Part shown: positions 11,983 to 23,468 of the stretch, in pieces | Numbering within the stretch: the stretch's first letter is position 1 | How the letters are laid out: each line of letters begins with the position of its first letter | Assembly: GCF_018350175.1 (NCBI RefSeq) | Contig: NC_058368.1 | Location: 69,938,001 to 70,002,000, forward strand | Source: Felis catus | Taxonomy: Eukaryota | Direction of reading: 5' to 3' | Length of the DNA: 64,000 nt | The notes under the pieces: model-generated | What the model was told of the DNA's origin: nothing | Database searches by the model: none | The model's input: only the letters and a program-made list of their open reading frames with translations | Translations under genes and position numbers: made by a program

Positions 11983-13651
11983 TTTTTTAAGATTTTTATT
12001 TTATGTATTCTTTTTTGAGAGAGAGCGAGTGTGCGTGCAAGTGGGGAAGAAGGGCAGAGGGAGAGAGAGAGAACCTGAAGCAGGCTCCGCGTTCAGAGTG
12101 GATTTCTGACTTGGGGCTCGATCCCATGACCCTGGGATCATGACCTGAGCCCAAATCAAGAGTCAGATGCTCAACCAATAGGTCCACCCAGGTGCCCTGA
12201 AAGAATTCTTATAATATAGAATTATGATTTATTGGGTGCCGGACATGGATACATGAATTTGACTAACATGGTAATGATCATCTATAAATAAAATCCTCTC
12301 CCTCAAGTGTATCTTTTAATTGAAAACATTTTACATTTCTCATGGAGGCCACTACTTCATCATTTTTACAATTTAATGAGGATGAAAGCCCAGCTTATGC
12401 AGGAAGAGATAGTAATGGATGGTTTTGTTCTGTATCAGAGCCATTATGATAATTCTGAGTCCTCTGTCCTTGGAAATGTTGGGTTCATAAATTTAAACTG
12501 ATAGAAGGCACAGCAATCCAGTTTTTACTGGAATTTGGTTATTTGCTTTATTCTAATGTATATTTTTTCAGTTCTCATTATTTCATTTAGATATTAAAAG
12601 TCCTGCCTTCTATGCTATAATAAAGTACCTGAATGATTTCCATGATAACATGCTAGCCTAAGTCTGAGATGTGAATGAGTCCTGAGTTGTTAAGAACAAG
12701 CTACTGGCGGCTGTAGTGACCATTTCCAGGGGCAGGACCAAAGCCCAGGCAAGGCCAGTGGGTCGCTTGGAGCAGCCAGCTGGGGTCTGAAGGAAGCACC
12801 GGCTCCCAGCTCCTAAACCACCCCCACCCCATTCTTATGGCTGCTTAAGGCCCATTCCAGCTGGGGAAACCAAGAAGCTAATTACCATCAGCTGGTTGGC
12901 AGGGATGAGAAAACCTGATGAACACATTTCTCCAGAAGACACATGGCTTATGAGGAGTTATGGAGACAAACAGGAGAAAGGCGCTAACATCAAAGCCAGC
13001 CCTGATGAAAGCTCTGGTTTGAATCCTGTCTATCCCCTCAGTATCCCTCCCCCCCGCCTTTTGATAGTTTAGAGAACCAGAAACTGTGGTAATCTGAAGT
13101 CTGCATATAGAGACACATGGAAATGTGGCTAACATCCCTTATTGTCATATTCATTGGCTCTCTTTCTTGGACACCTTACTTTTGGGAACAGCTTCAAATG
13201 TATGGACTGGTTCTCTAAGAGCATTCTAGCTGAAACCACATTTCTTGTTCTTTCTTCTTTTTTCCCCAGGGGTATTTTCCACAGGTCCTTCTGGGTCCAG
13301 TCCCCACCCCTCTCCATTCTGTTCTCTGACTCAGGAAGCTGGTCTATCGGAACAGCATCAGTGTCTTCCTTGCTCTGGCTTCTGGTGGATTCAGCCAAGG
13401 ACAGAGAGGCGGCGAAGGAAGTCCAGAAGTCCCCTTTCCAGACTGCCTTGGTTGGCTGCATTTCCTACAGCTGAGTGCTCCTTCTGGCTGTCAGTGACAG
13501 CTCCCACCTTGCCCCTGAATTCTGGCACTAGTGAGGTTTTTCCTAGGTCCAGTGCTTAATCGTGTCATGTTGGTCCCACCAACTTTACCCACACTGTAGA
13601 GACACTTCTCATTTCCCGTTTGAGCGTGCCATCTGTTTTCTGCTGGGGGCC

Positions 13652-14196
13652 TGTGCTCATTTCCTAGGACTGCTGTGACAAATATCCACGGCAGAGTGAC
13701 TTTACACAGCAGAGATTTGTTCCCTTACAATCTGGAGTCTTGGACTCTAAAATCGAGGTGTCGGCTGCCGACAGGGCTGTGCTCTCTTGTGCTCTCTTGG
13801 GAGGCCCTAGGGGAGACTCCTCTGGGCACTTCTCTCAGCTTCCGGTGTGGCCAGAAGCCCTTGGCCTGCAGCTGTGTGACTCCAATCTCTGCTCCCTCTT
13901 CACAGGGCAGGCTCCTCTCTGTGGGGGAGGGTCAGAGCGAGAGGGAGAGAGAATCCCAAGCAGGCTCCACGCCATCAGCATGGAGCACAACTCGGGGCTT
14001 GAACTCACAAATTGTAGATCACGACCTGAGCCAAAATCAAGAGTCAGACGCTTCACTGACTGAGCCACTCAGGTTCCCCAATGTGACTTCATCTTAATTT
14101 GAGGACATCTGCAAAGACCCTATTTCCAAATAAGGTCACATTCATAGGCACAAGGGGTTAGGATGTCAATATATCCTAACAGCTCAACCCACAACA
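13652..14196 (-). mobile_element. MLT1 (MaLR) LTR with internal SINE fragment (about 13920-14079)
   Basis: tttcctaggactgctgtgacaaat...acatctgcaaagaccctatttccaaataaggtcacattc...caacccacaaca. Confidence 0.85.
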
Positions 14197-17037
14197 GGGC
14201 CCAATGGATATGGTGTCCCAAGTGGGCTCTTCTCTCCCTCCAGGTTCTCAGGCCCCCCTGGTCTCCTCCATTAGTCCTCCTGCTTGCTTCACTTTCTTCA
14301 CGTTGTTCTCCTACTTGATTTCCCAATGACCTCAAACACTATCCCCCAGAAACTCTTCTTTCTGTCTTGGTAACATTGCCACCACTACAGTTCTGTGTTG
14401 TTGTTTTCTTTTTCAAGATTTTATATATATTTGTAAGTAATCTCAATACCCAATGTGGGACTCGAACCCACAGTTCTGAGATCAGCCTACTAACTGAGCC
14501 AGCCAGGCGCCCCAGTCACCACTCCAGTTTTAAGGTATTCATTTTCTTTGCCCTGTTCTGCTCTGGTCTCCTGGTAGACTCTCCCCACCTCCTAGAACAG
14601 AGCCAACTATGCATGGCATTCCCTGTTAACACAGATGGCATGTGACATATGTCCACCCAACCATGAAGGGGTGGAATTTGGGGAAAAGCCTCCTCCTTTG
14701 TGCCCCTCTCCCTCTCCCTCCATTCCTTTCCTTCTCCCCTCACTCCACCCCCATGCATGCACACTCACATTGACCATGACAAAGGAAGTTCTACTACTGG
14801 CATAGCCTTCCTATAACCATGACAGGAGCTGGTTTCCAAATGAGACAAGAATAACGTGGATAGGGGCGCCTGGGTGACTCAGTAGGTTGAGTGTCTGACT
14901 CTTGATTTCTGTTCAGGTCCTGATCCCAGGGTCATGGAATCGAGCCCCACATTGGGCTCTGTGCTGAGCATGGAGACTGCTTAAGATTCTCTGTCTGTCT
15001 CCCTCTCAAAAAGAGAAAGAAAGAGAGAGAGAGAGAGAGAAATGTGGACAGGAAACTGAAATAAAATGAAAAGACTTGGCCACTGATGACATCATAGAAC
15101 AACTGGGTCAATGAGCCCTGAAGGCTGGCCCACCTCAGACTTTGAATCATGTAAGCCTAACCATGCTTATGTGACCTAAGTTGGTTTGGGTTTGGGTTTC
15201 TGTTACTTGCAGCTGGGTTGTGTGTTTTTTTTTTTTTTTCCTTTCTCTTGTTTCTAAATGACTAAGAAGATAGAACAAAAAAAAAACCCAAAACAAAATC
15301 AGAAAGCAGTTTTCTTGGATACAAGATGGCCAGGTGAGAATTGGAGGCTGTCTGGTTCTCAGTGTCAGGATGTCGATGGGGAATACTTCCTCTCTTCCTA
15401 GATCCCTGGGTTTTCAGCCCCATCAGGTCTGTCCCGAGTAGATGCCACAAGCTGGCGTGTGCCTAGAAGTCCCACGGAAGGAGAGCGTGTGGCAAGCTAA
15501 CCTGTGAGGGTCTGGAAGATGGCTTTGGGGAAAACAGGTCAGGGAACCACACCGGGGGGACAAGGCAGCTTTCCCAAGCGTTGTGAACAGACTGTTGGAA
15601 AGAGTAGAGACAGAAAGCATATTCAATAAAAAGAAGGCTGCAATTAGGACTTCTGGATAGAGACAGGGACTGAATACAAATATTTATATCTACTCCCTCC
15701 TTAAACTCACTAAATGACAGTAAAGATGGTAAAATATATATTTTTAAATGTATAAACTCACAAGAATTGGAGAGAAGACAATATTGACAATTTTGGAAGC
15801 CGAACAGCAGATAGATGAATGGTAACTTAGCCGACTTCAGAAAGCAAGATCCAAAGCCAGTAGTAGGGAAGCTACAGAACAACTCAAATTGCATGCGTAC
15901 ACACACACACACGTTTACACATGCACACACAGGCACATGCATCTGAGGAATCAGCAGCACCAGCACCTTAGGAAGTTGAGGTGACGATAGGGCAACAGGT
16001 AGGAATTTGATCCTTAAGTCCTCCTCCCGCTACACAGCTGGATGCTTCTGTGTGGTGGCTTAGTCTCTGGAGGGGGTAAAACCAAGGGTCACAGGCTCAG
16101 GGGACACATGGACCATTGGGTAGAGTACTGGATAACAAACAATGGGGTGGCGTAAATGAAGGTTTCCATACTGAATGTAGGCACATCCTCCTCCTCCCTC
16201 CTTCCTGTCGTGCTTCCACCCTCTGGTTTGGATCAGCTGAAGGGAAAAAAAATCTAAAAATGCCACCTTCTGGGTTTCTGCAATAAAATGGCTCATCCAG
16301 ATTTCCCTATGTGGAGATCACAGTCACGTGCATGGAGCTTCCAATCAGCGCTTTAGGGCTCTTCTCTTAAATCCGAGCAGACAGCCAAGAATCAGAAGGT
16401 ATTTGAGGAAATGTGCCATTTGAGAAACAGGCTAAGAAACAAGCAACTCAGAAAAAACCAACTTGGAGGGAAGGAAGAGACACAACACAGGGGAAGAAGA
16501 CTTTAAGATACCCAGAGTGGTAGTCTAGAAGTTGGGAGAAGAGCGGCCATCATGAAATAGAAGCTGGATCTGATCGTGACAAGTCCGCTCATTGGAAAGA
16601 CTCTAGGTTCAAGACATGATGGCAGAAATTGAGGAAAAAATGCGTGAGAGAGTTTAGAACATAAACTGAGGATTTCTCAAAAGTAAAACAAAACAAAAAA
16701 GTAGGAGAGAAAGGATAAAAAAAAAAACCCAGAGTCTGGTCAAAGAGGAGGAAAATCTAAATAACAGGAGTTCTAGAGAGAGCAGAAGAAATGGAGAGGA
16801 GAGGATTTGAAACAATTTATGAAAATGACCCAGAATCAAAGGACAGGAGTTTCCAGATCAAAAGGGCCCACAGAGCATCCAGCACAACAGATAAAAATAG
16901 ACCTACACCTGGGAGGGATGGGTTAATTAGGTGATGGGGACTTAGGGGTGCACCTGTTGTGCTGAATCACTATATTGTACACCTGAAAGTAATATAACAC
17001 TGTGTTAACTGGAATTAAAATTTAAAAGACGGACTCT

Positions 17038-18620
17038 CAATCCCTATCAACATAACACCAGTGTTCTCCACAGAGCTAGAACAAACAATCCTAAAATTTG
17101 TATGGAACCAGAAAAGATCCTGAATAGCCAAGGCAAACCTGAACAAGAAAACCAAAGCTGGATGCATCGCAATCCCAGACTTCAAGATGTATTACAAAGC
17201 TGTAATCATCAAGACAGTATGGTACTGGCACAAAAACAGACACTCAGATCAATGCAACAGAACAGAGAACCCAGAAATGGACCCACAAACGTATGGTCAA
17301 CTAATCTTTGACAAAGCAGGAAAGAATATCCAATGGAATAAAGACAGTTTCTTCAGCAAGTGGTGCTGGGAAAACTGGACAGCGACTTTCAGAAGAATGA
17401 GCCTGGACCACTTTCTTACACCATACACAAAAATAAACTCAAAATGGATGAAAGACCTAAACGTAAGACGGGAAGCCATCAAGATCCTAGAGGAGAAAGC
17501 AGGCAAAAACCTCTTTGACCTCGGCTGCAGCAACTTCCTACTCAGCATGTCTCTGGAGGCCAGGGAAACCACAGCAAAAATGAACTATTGGGACCTCATC
17601 AAAATAAAAAGCTTCTCACAGCAAAGGAAACAATCAGCAAAACTAAAAGGCAGCTGACGGAATGGGAGAAGATATTCGCAAACGACATATCAGATAAAGG
17701 TTTCGTATCCAAAATCTATAAAGAATTTATCAAACTCAACACCCAAAAAACAAATCATCCAGCGAAGAAATGGGAAAAAAGACAAGAATAGACACTTCTC
17801 CAAAGATGACATCCAGATGGATAATAGACACGTGAAAAAATGCTCAACACACTCATTATCAGGGAAATACAAATCAGAACCACAATGAGATACCACCTCA
17901 CACCTGTCAGAATGACTAACATTAACAACTCAGGTAACAACAGATGTTGGTGAGGATGTGGAGGAAAGAGGATCTCTTTTGCACTGCTGGTGGGAAGGCA
18001 AACTGGTGCAGCCACTCTGGAAAACAGTATGGAGGTTCCTCAAAAAATTAAAAATAGAGCTACCCTATGACCCAGCAATTGCACTACTAGGTATTTATCT
18101 AAGGGATACAGGTGTGCTGTTTCGAAGGGGCACATGCACCCCCATGTTTCTAGCAGCACTATCAGCAATAGCCAAAGTATGGAAAGAGCCCAAATGTCCA
18201 TCGATGGATGAATGGATAAAGAAGATGTGGTATATATATATATACAATGGAGTATTACTCGGCAATCAAAGAGAATGAAATCTTGCCATTTGCAACTATG
18301 TGGATGGAACTAGAGGGTATTATGCTAAGCAAAATTAGTCAAAGAAAAATAAATATCATATGACTTCACTCATACGAGGAATTTAAAATACAAAACAGGT
18401 GAATATAAGGGAAGGGAAGCAAAAATAATATAAAAAAAGGGAGGGGGACAAAACATAAGAGACTTTTAAATATAGAGAACAAACAGAGGGTTGCTGGTGG
18501 GGTTGTGGAAAGGGGGATGGGCTACATGGGTAAGGGGCATTAAGGAATCTACTCCTGAAATCATTGTTGCACCATATGCTAACTAACTTAGATGTAAATA
18601 AATAAATAAATAAATAAATA
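17038..18620 (+). mobile_element. 5'-truncated carnivore/felid L1 (ORF2 C-terminal part + 3' UTR + (TAAA)n tail)
   Basis: ORF fragments [18 protein letters not shown]..., [35 protein letters not shown]...; frameshifted, non-functional. Confidence 0.96.
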
Positions 18621-19541
18621 CCTAAATAGACTCATACAGCACCATGAAATTTCAAATTCCTAGAAGCCAAGAGACAATGCTACAAGCTTCTAGAGAAAAT
18701 AGTTTTCATAGGAAAGGTCAATAATCAGAATAGCTTGGGCTTTTCTTTTTTTCTATTTTTGAGACAGAGAGAGACAGAGCATGAACGGGGGAGGGTCAGA
18801 GAGAGGGAGACACAGAATCTGAAACAGGCTCCAGGCTCTGAGCTGTCAGCACAGAGCCCGACGCGGGGCTTGAACTCATGGACCGCGAGATCATGGCCTG
18901 AGCCGAAGTCGGATGCTTAACCGACTGAGCCACCCAGGTGCCCCTAGCTTGAGCTTTTCAATAGTGACAATGAAAAGCTCAGAGACATGGAGATGGTCCC
19001 AGAATTCACATTACCAGGGAAAAGGGCTCCCAGTTGGAACTCCACACCCAGCCAAATGTGAAGCAAACAGCACAGTAGAATAAAAAGCTTTCAGACATGT
19101 GGGGTGCCCCTGAGTGGCTCAGTTGGTTAAGCATCCAGGTTTTGGTTTCAGCTCAGGTCATAATTTCATGGACATGATATTGACCCCCTCATCAGGCTCC
19201 GTTCTGACAGTGGGGAGCCTGCTTGGGATTCTCCCTCTCTCTCTCTCTGCCCCTCCCTGATGCACACGCACACACACACACATACACACACACTCTCTCA
19301 CTTTCTCTCTCTCTCTCTCAAAATAAATAGCTTAAAATAGGCTTTCAGACAGACATGCAAAACCCTAGAAAAAATTTACCTCACATGGCCACTTCTTAGG
19401 AATCAACCATAGAAAAGTCCCCAACCAAAAAAAAGGAATAAGAGAAGATGCTATGAAATACACGACATGGGAGGTAACAAAGAGGTGACGGCAATTTTAA
19501 GACCCTCTAACAAGGATCTTTTTGGCCTACAGATTGGCATC

Positions 19542-19940
19542 TGTTAAAAAACAAAATTCAACCAAGTGAATTTGAAAATCTAATTGGCTTTATTAAGAGA
19601 TTCAGAATCAGGCAGCATCCATCCAGCAAGGAGGGGAGGGGCTCCCCAAGGCGGTGTACAAAATGGAAGCGAAGGCAGGCAAAAAGTTATTAGCTCAAGA
19701 AATGAAAGAATTGTTTTTGGCAAAGTCAACTTCCTTCAGGGGGTCTTATGTGCAGATGACCTCATCTTCCTTCAGGGGATGGAGAGGGCCCAGGCACAGA
19801 TTACCTCACAGGTGCTGACCAGAAAATTCCAGATTAATTGGTTTAAAATTCCACTGCAGAGGTTGAAATTGCAATTAAGTCTTGGTTTGCTGTCCTGAGT
19901 GCAAGTGGCTCCATCTTGGGCCTGTGTTTCTCTGGTAACA
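19542..19940 (-). mobile_element. ERV1-type solo LTR (about 400 bp)
   Basis: TGTTA...TAACA inverted termini; 4-bp TSD catc / aatc (1 mismatch); minus-strand AATAAA near 19590. Confidence 0.75.
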
Positions 19941-19995
19941 AATCCTTCAGGAGGTTCCAGAAAAAAACCTTTTTAATGTTTATTTATTTATTTTT

Positions 19996-20038
<43 letters not shown>

Positions 20039-20549
20039 CGCGCACAAGTGAGAGTGTACGCAGGTGCTCAAGAGCACAGGGCTCGATCCCATGGACCATG
20101 AGATCATGACCTAAGCTGAAATCAAGAGTCAGACGCTCAATCAACTGAGCCACCCAGGTGTCCCTAGAAGAAACCTCTTTAAGATGATGAAATTGATAGA
20201 ACATTTAGTGTATTTGGTCACATTGCGAAGAGATTTACTAAACTGAGGGAGTTTTGGAGGTTGAATTTGTATTTTTCTTTAAGTTTTTATTTTTGAGAGA
20301 GCACATGCGGGCACACACGTGCGCGAGTGGCGGGGGGGGGGGGGGCGCTGAGAGAGAAGAGAGGAGATCTGCACTGCCCGTGCGGAGCCCCACATGGGGC
20401 TTGAACTCACGGACCCGAGGTCATGACCTGAGCCAAAATCAAGAGTCAGTCAGCTGCTGAACAGCCTCAGCCACCCAGGGGGCCCCTGGAGGTTTAATAT
20501 GTAAAAATATGTGGAAAAATAAACAAATTTGAAAAGGAATAATTAACGC

Positions 20550-21240
20550 CAGAGCAAACAAACTGCGATATCATGCCTGGGACAACGAATCACCGCGTAC
20601 CGTGTGGCTTCTGCGGAACCACACTGACATGAGCGCAGTAATAGAACAGTGCCTATTAGTCTAACTGAAATCACCACACGGCTCACGCAGCGTGCGTTTG
20701 TAGCTGCCACGAACGGCAGGGTGTTCGTGAGGGAGAGCTAAATTCTCATTCTCTGCTGTAGGAAGTGAACGCAGCTTAAAGCCCAGAAACCCACCAGGAG
20801 CTGGCGAAGCCTGCCGTTTGGAGGTAAGCAGCGAGGCGGAAGGGTTCATAGAACCCGCGTGCAGCGGGCCGGGCAGGAAAACCAGAGGACTGCGATTTTT
20901 CCAAACGAACCTTTGCCTTTTTTAGACTTTGCAGGTACTGGCTTGATAAAAGGTAAAAACTTACTTTTAAAAATACACTGTATTCGTACAGAGTATTCGG
21001 GATGGCGGAGCGGGTTTGGACATTTTCGTCGAGATGGGTGTAGATGAATTGCACGCACGCAGTTCTCTAGAAGCCGACTGGGGACCCCGGGGGCATTCAT
21101 CTGTCTCGTTTTGAGGTAGGAGCAGCCCCGCCCTTCTGCATCCAGTCTTGGCAGACGAGCGATCAAGGGAACAGTGATGTGAGAGCCGGACTCTGCTTCT
21201 CCCACCTCCCTGGGTGCGGTTTTCTATTTCTGCTGCCCAA
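20550..21240. promoter_or_regulatory. CpG-island-like segment
   Basis: About 40 CpGs counted by eye in 20581-21240, far above the flanks. Confidence 0.5.
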
Positions 21241-22402
21241 ACCCCCTTGCTTTAGGGCCCACCATTCTTTGGGGTTTGTTTGTTAAGTTTTTGTCATTGC
21301 AAGGAGACAGAAATTTCAGAGACCAGTCGGAAGGCTGTACTTTAGTCTCTAATAAATGCCACACCCAACGGATATTTGCTTTTTATCCACATGGATTTCA
21401 ACCTTCAGCCTGCGGGTGGGCCACGTCAATGCCATCTACATCTCAGGCTTTGTGGGCCTGGGCCACTGTTGCTGGCGCAGTGACAGTTGACGGTCGGGAA
21501 GGAGGATGGCCAAGAAAACAGAGTTCCAGCAAATGGAGGGAATATTCTAACCTGTTGGTAATCTCTCCAGGGCAAAGATGGGGAGCCAACTCAGGCCATG
21601 AGGGAATCACATCACACTTTATTTTATAACAAAATGAGGTCCAAGCAGGACATTTGTATAGATTATTCGTAGCTGCTCTGGGCAGATGTGGTGATACATC
21701 GAAGAAAATGCACAGTGACCTAGGCTGGCATCCCTTGCTTGCGAAAATGATCTAAAAATTATACATGTCTGTGCCAGAGGTTCTAAGCACCACTGAGAAT
21801 GTTCTTTAGGAGACTCCCTGATGCATTTTCCACCACCCAGAGGAAGTTAACATGTGTTTGCTCAAATAAACTAGTCTTCTCTTTTCCGGGGATTCCTTCG
21901 GCAGGTCACATGCTAACGTGAACAGAACCAGAGAGCAAAGGGCCAAGAGGAAGGCAAAGGATGTGAGAGGTGTTTTGTGGTTCACAGACGTGTGACCACC
22001 CGCATCTCATGACACCTGTTACAATAGCAAGGAGGGACTCCAAACCTTGACTTGCAGATATTTCTATCCACACACACCTGCATAGTGTACAGGAAGAGAA
22101 TCACGCCCGTGTGTTAGCTCTATCGCCATGCTGATATTATTATGCCAGCCATCACAGCTTCGAGTGACTCACGATGCTTTCGAAATTGCATTTTCCCCAG
22201 GAAAGATTCATTCCTGCTGATGGGAGGCAGGAGTTCCAACGGAAAGTTCATAGTTTTAAATAGTTGTCTTTAATGAACCACAGTACATTTCCATGCACTT
22301 GCTAGATCTAAAAGTTGTTGTTCCAGAAAGGCACATATTATCATTAATCACAGTGTTTGCATGGTTTTACAGTCTCTATTATGTTTTCACACGATACCAA
22401 AT

Positions 22403-22806
22403 GCTGTGGTTTTCAACCTTGGTTCTTTATTAGAATCCCCAGGGGCATTCAGAAACAAAACAAAACAGATGCCCAGGCTGCAACCCCACAGTTTTTTGTT
22501 TTTTTTTAAATGTTCATTTATTTTTGAAAGAGCACAAGTGGAGGAGGGGCAGGGGGAGAGAGGGGACAGAGGATCTGAAGCAGGCTCCACGCTGACAGCA
22601 GCAAGCCTGATGTGGGGCTCGAACCCATGAACCATGAGACGATGAGCTGAGCTGAAGTTGGACGCTCAGCCAACTGAACCACCCAGGTGCCCCTGCAACC
22701 CCAGAGTTCTGATTTCAGTGGTCTAGAGTGAGACCCGTGCGTGATATTAAAGAATGGTTTAATCCTCAGATGATTCTAAAAAGCAGCCAGTGTTGAGAAA
22801 CCACTG
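22403..22806. mobile_element. MER5-type hAT-Charlie MITE with a nested Can-SINE (about 22492-22693, -)
   Basis: gtggttttcaacctt...gttgagaaaccactg termini; SINE TSD tgcaacccca. Confidence 0.8.
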
Positions 22807-22829
22807 TCCTGACAGCTTCCTAACATGCA

Positions 22830-23468
22830 GAGGTCCCTGTTGTGGCCCACAAGGCCCTGCGTGATCAATCCAGGTCACCCCTCCCTCATTCCTTGCTTAC
22901 CACACTCTGTTCTCAAACACACCCACCGTATTCCCATCTCAGGACATATGCCCCTTGTTAGGGCCCCTTCTGGAATGTTCTTCCCCTAGACATTTGACTG
23001 TCTTGCTTCCTTACTCCATTCACATCTCTGCTCAAATGTCGCCTCCTCAGAGATACCCTCCTTGACCACTCCATTTAAGATACCAGCCATGGGGAGCCTG
23101 GGTGGCTCAGTCGGTTGAGCCTCCTACTTCGGCTCAGGTCATGATCTCGCGGTTCGTGAGTTCGAGCCCCGTGTCGGTCTCTGTGCTGACAGCTCAGAGC
23201 CTGGAGTCTGCTTCAGATTCTGTGTCTCCCTCTCTCTCTGACCCTCCCCTGTTCATGCTCTGTCTGTCTCTGTCTCGAAAATAAATAAACATTAAAAAAA
23301 AAATAAGATACCAGCCTTCACCAGGCTCTGTCTCCTTACTCTGCTTATTTTTGCTTCATAGCACTTATCAACATCTGCCATTGTGTTATATATTAATCTG
23401 GCTTACATCAGTGCCTGGAAAACAGTAGAAGCTTAATAAATATTTGTTGAATGAATCAATGAATGGAT
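22830..23468 (+). mobile_element. L2 3' end with a nested Can-SINE (23091-23305)
   Basis: ctgctcaaatgtcgcctcctcagag...cagtgcctgg...aataaatatttgttgaatgaat; SINE TSD taagataccagcc. Confidence 0.85.

Larger units (their letters stand above)
15620..20960 (+). mobile_element. Ancient L1 ORF1 / HAL1-like relic hosting many younger insertions
   Basis: Degenerate ORF1-like motifs (ataacaggagttctagag, tttccagatcaaaagggcccac, gctacaagcttctagag, aatcagaatagcttgggcttttc) interrupted by L1, SINEs and an LTR. Confidence 0.5.

Noticed and set aside
12878..13559. Cluster of 85-110 aa ORFs on both strands
   Set aside because: No recognisable domain. The right part resembles an old ERVL-type LTR end, and ORFs of this length are expected by chance.
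17102..18278. 156-aa and 106-aa ORFs
   Set aside because: Frameshifted pieces of a 5'-truncated L1 ORF2; not a host gene and not retrotransposition-competent.
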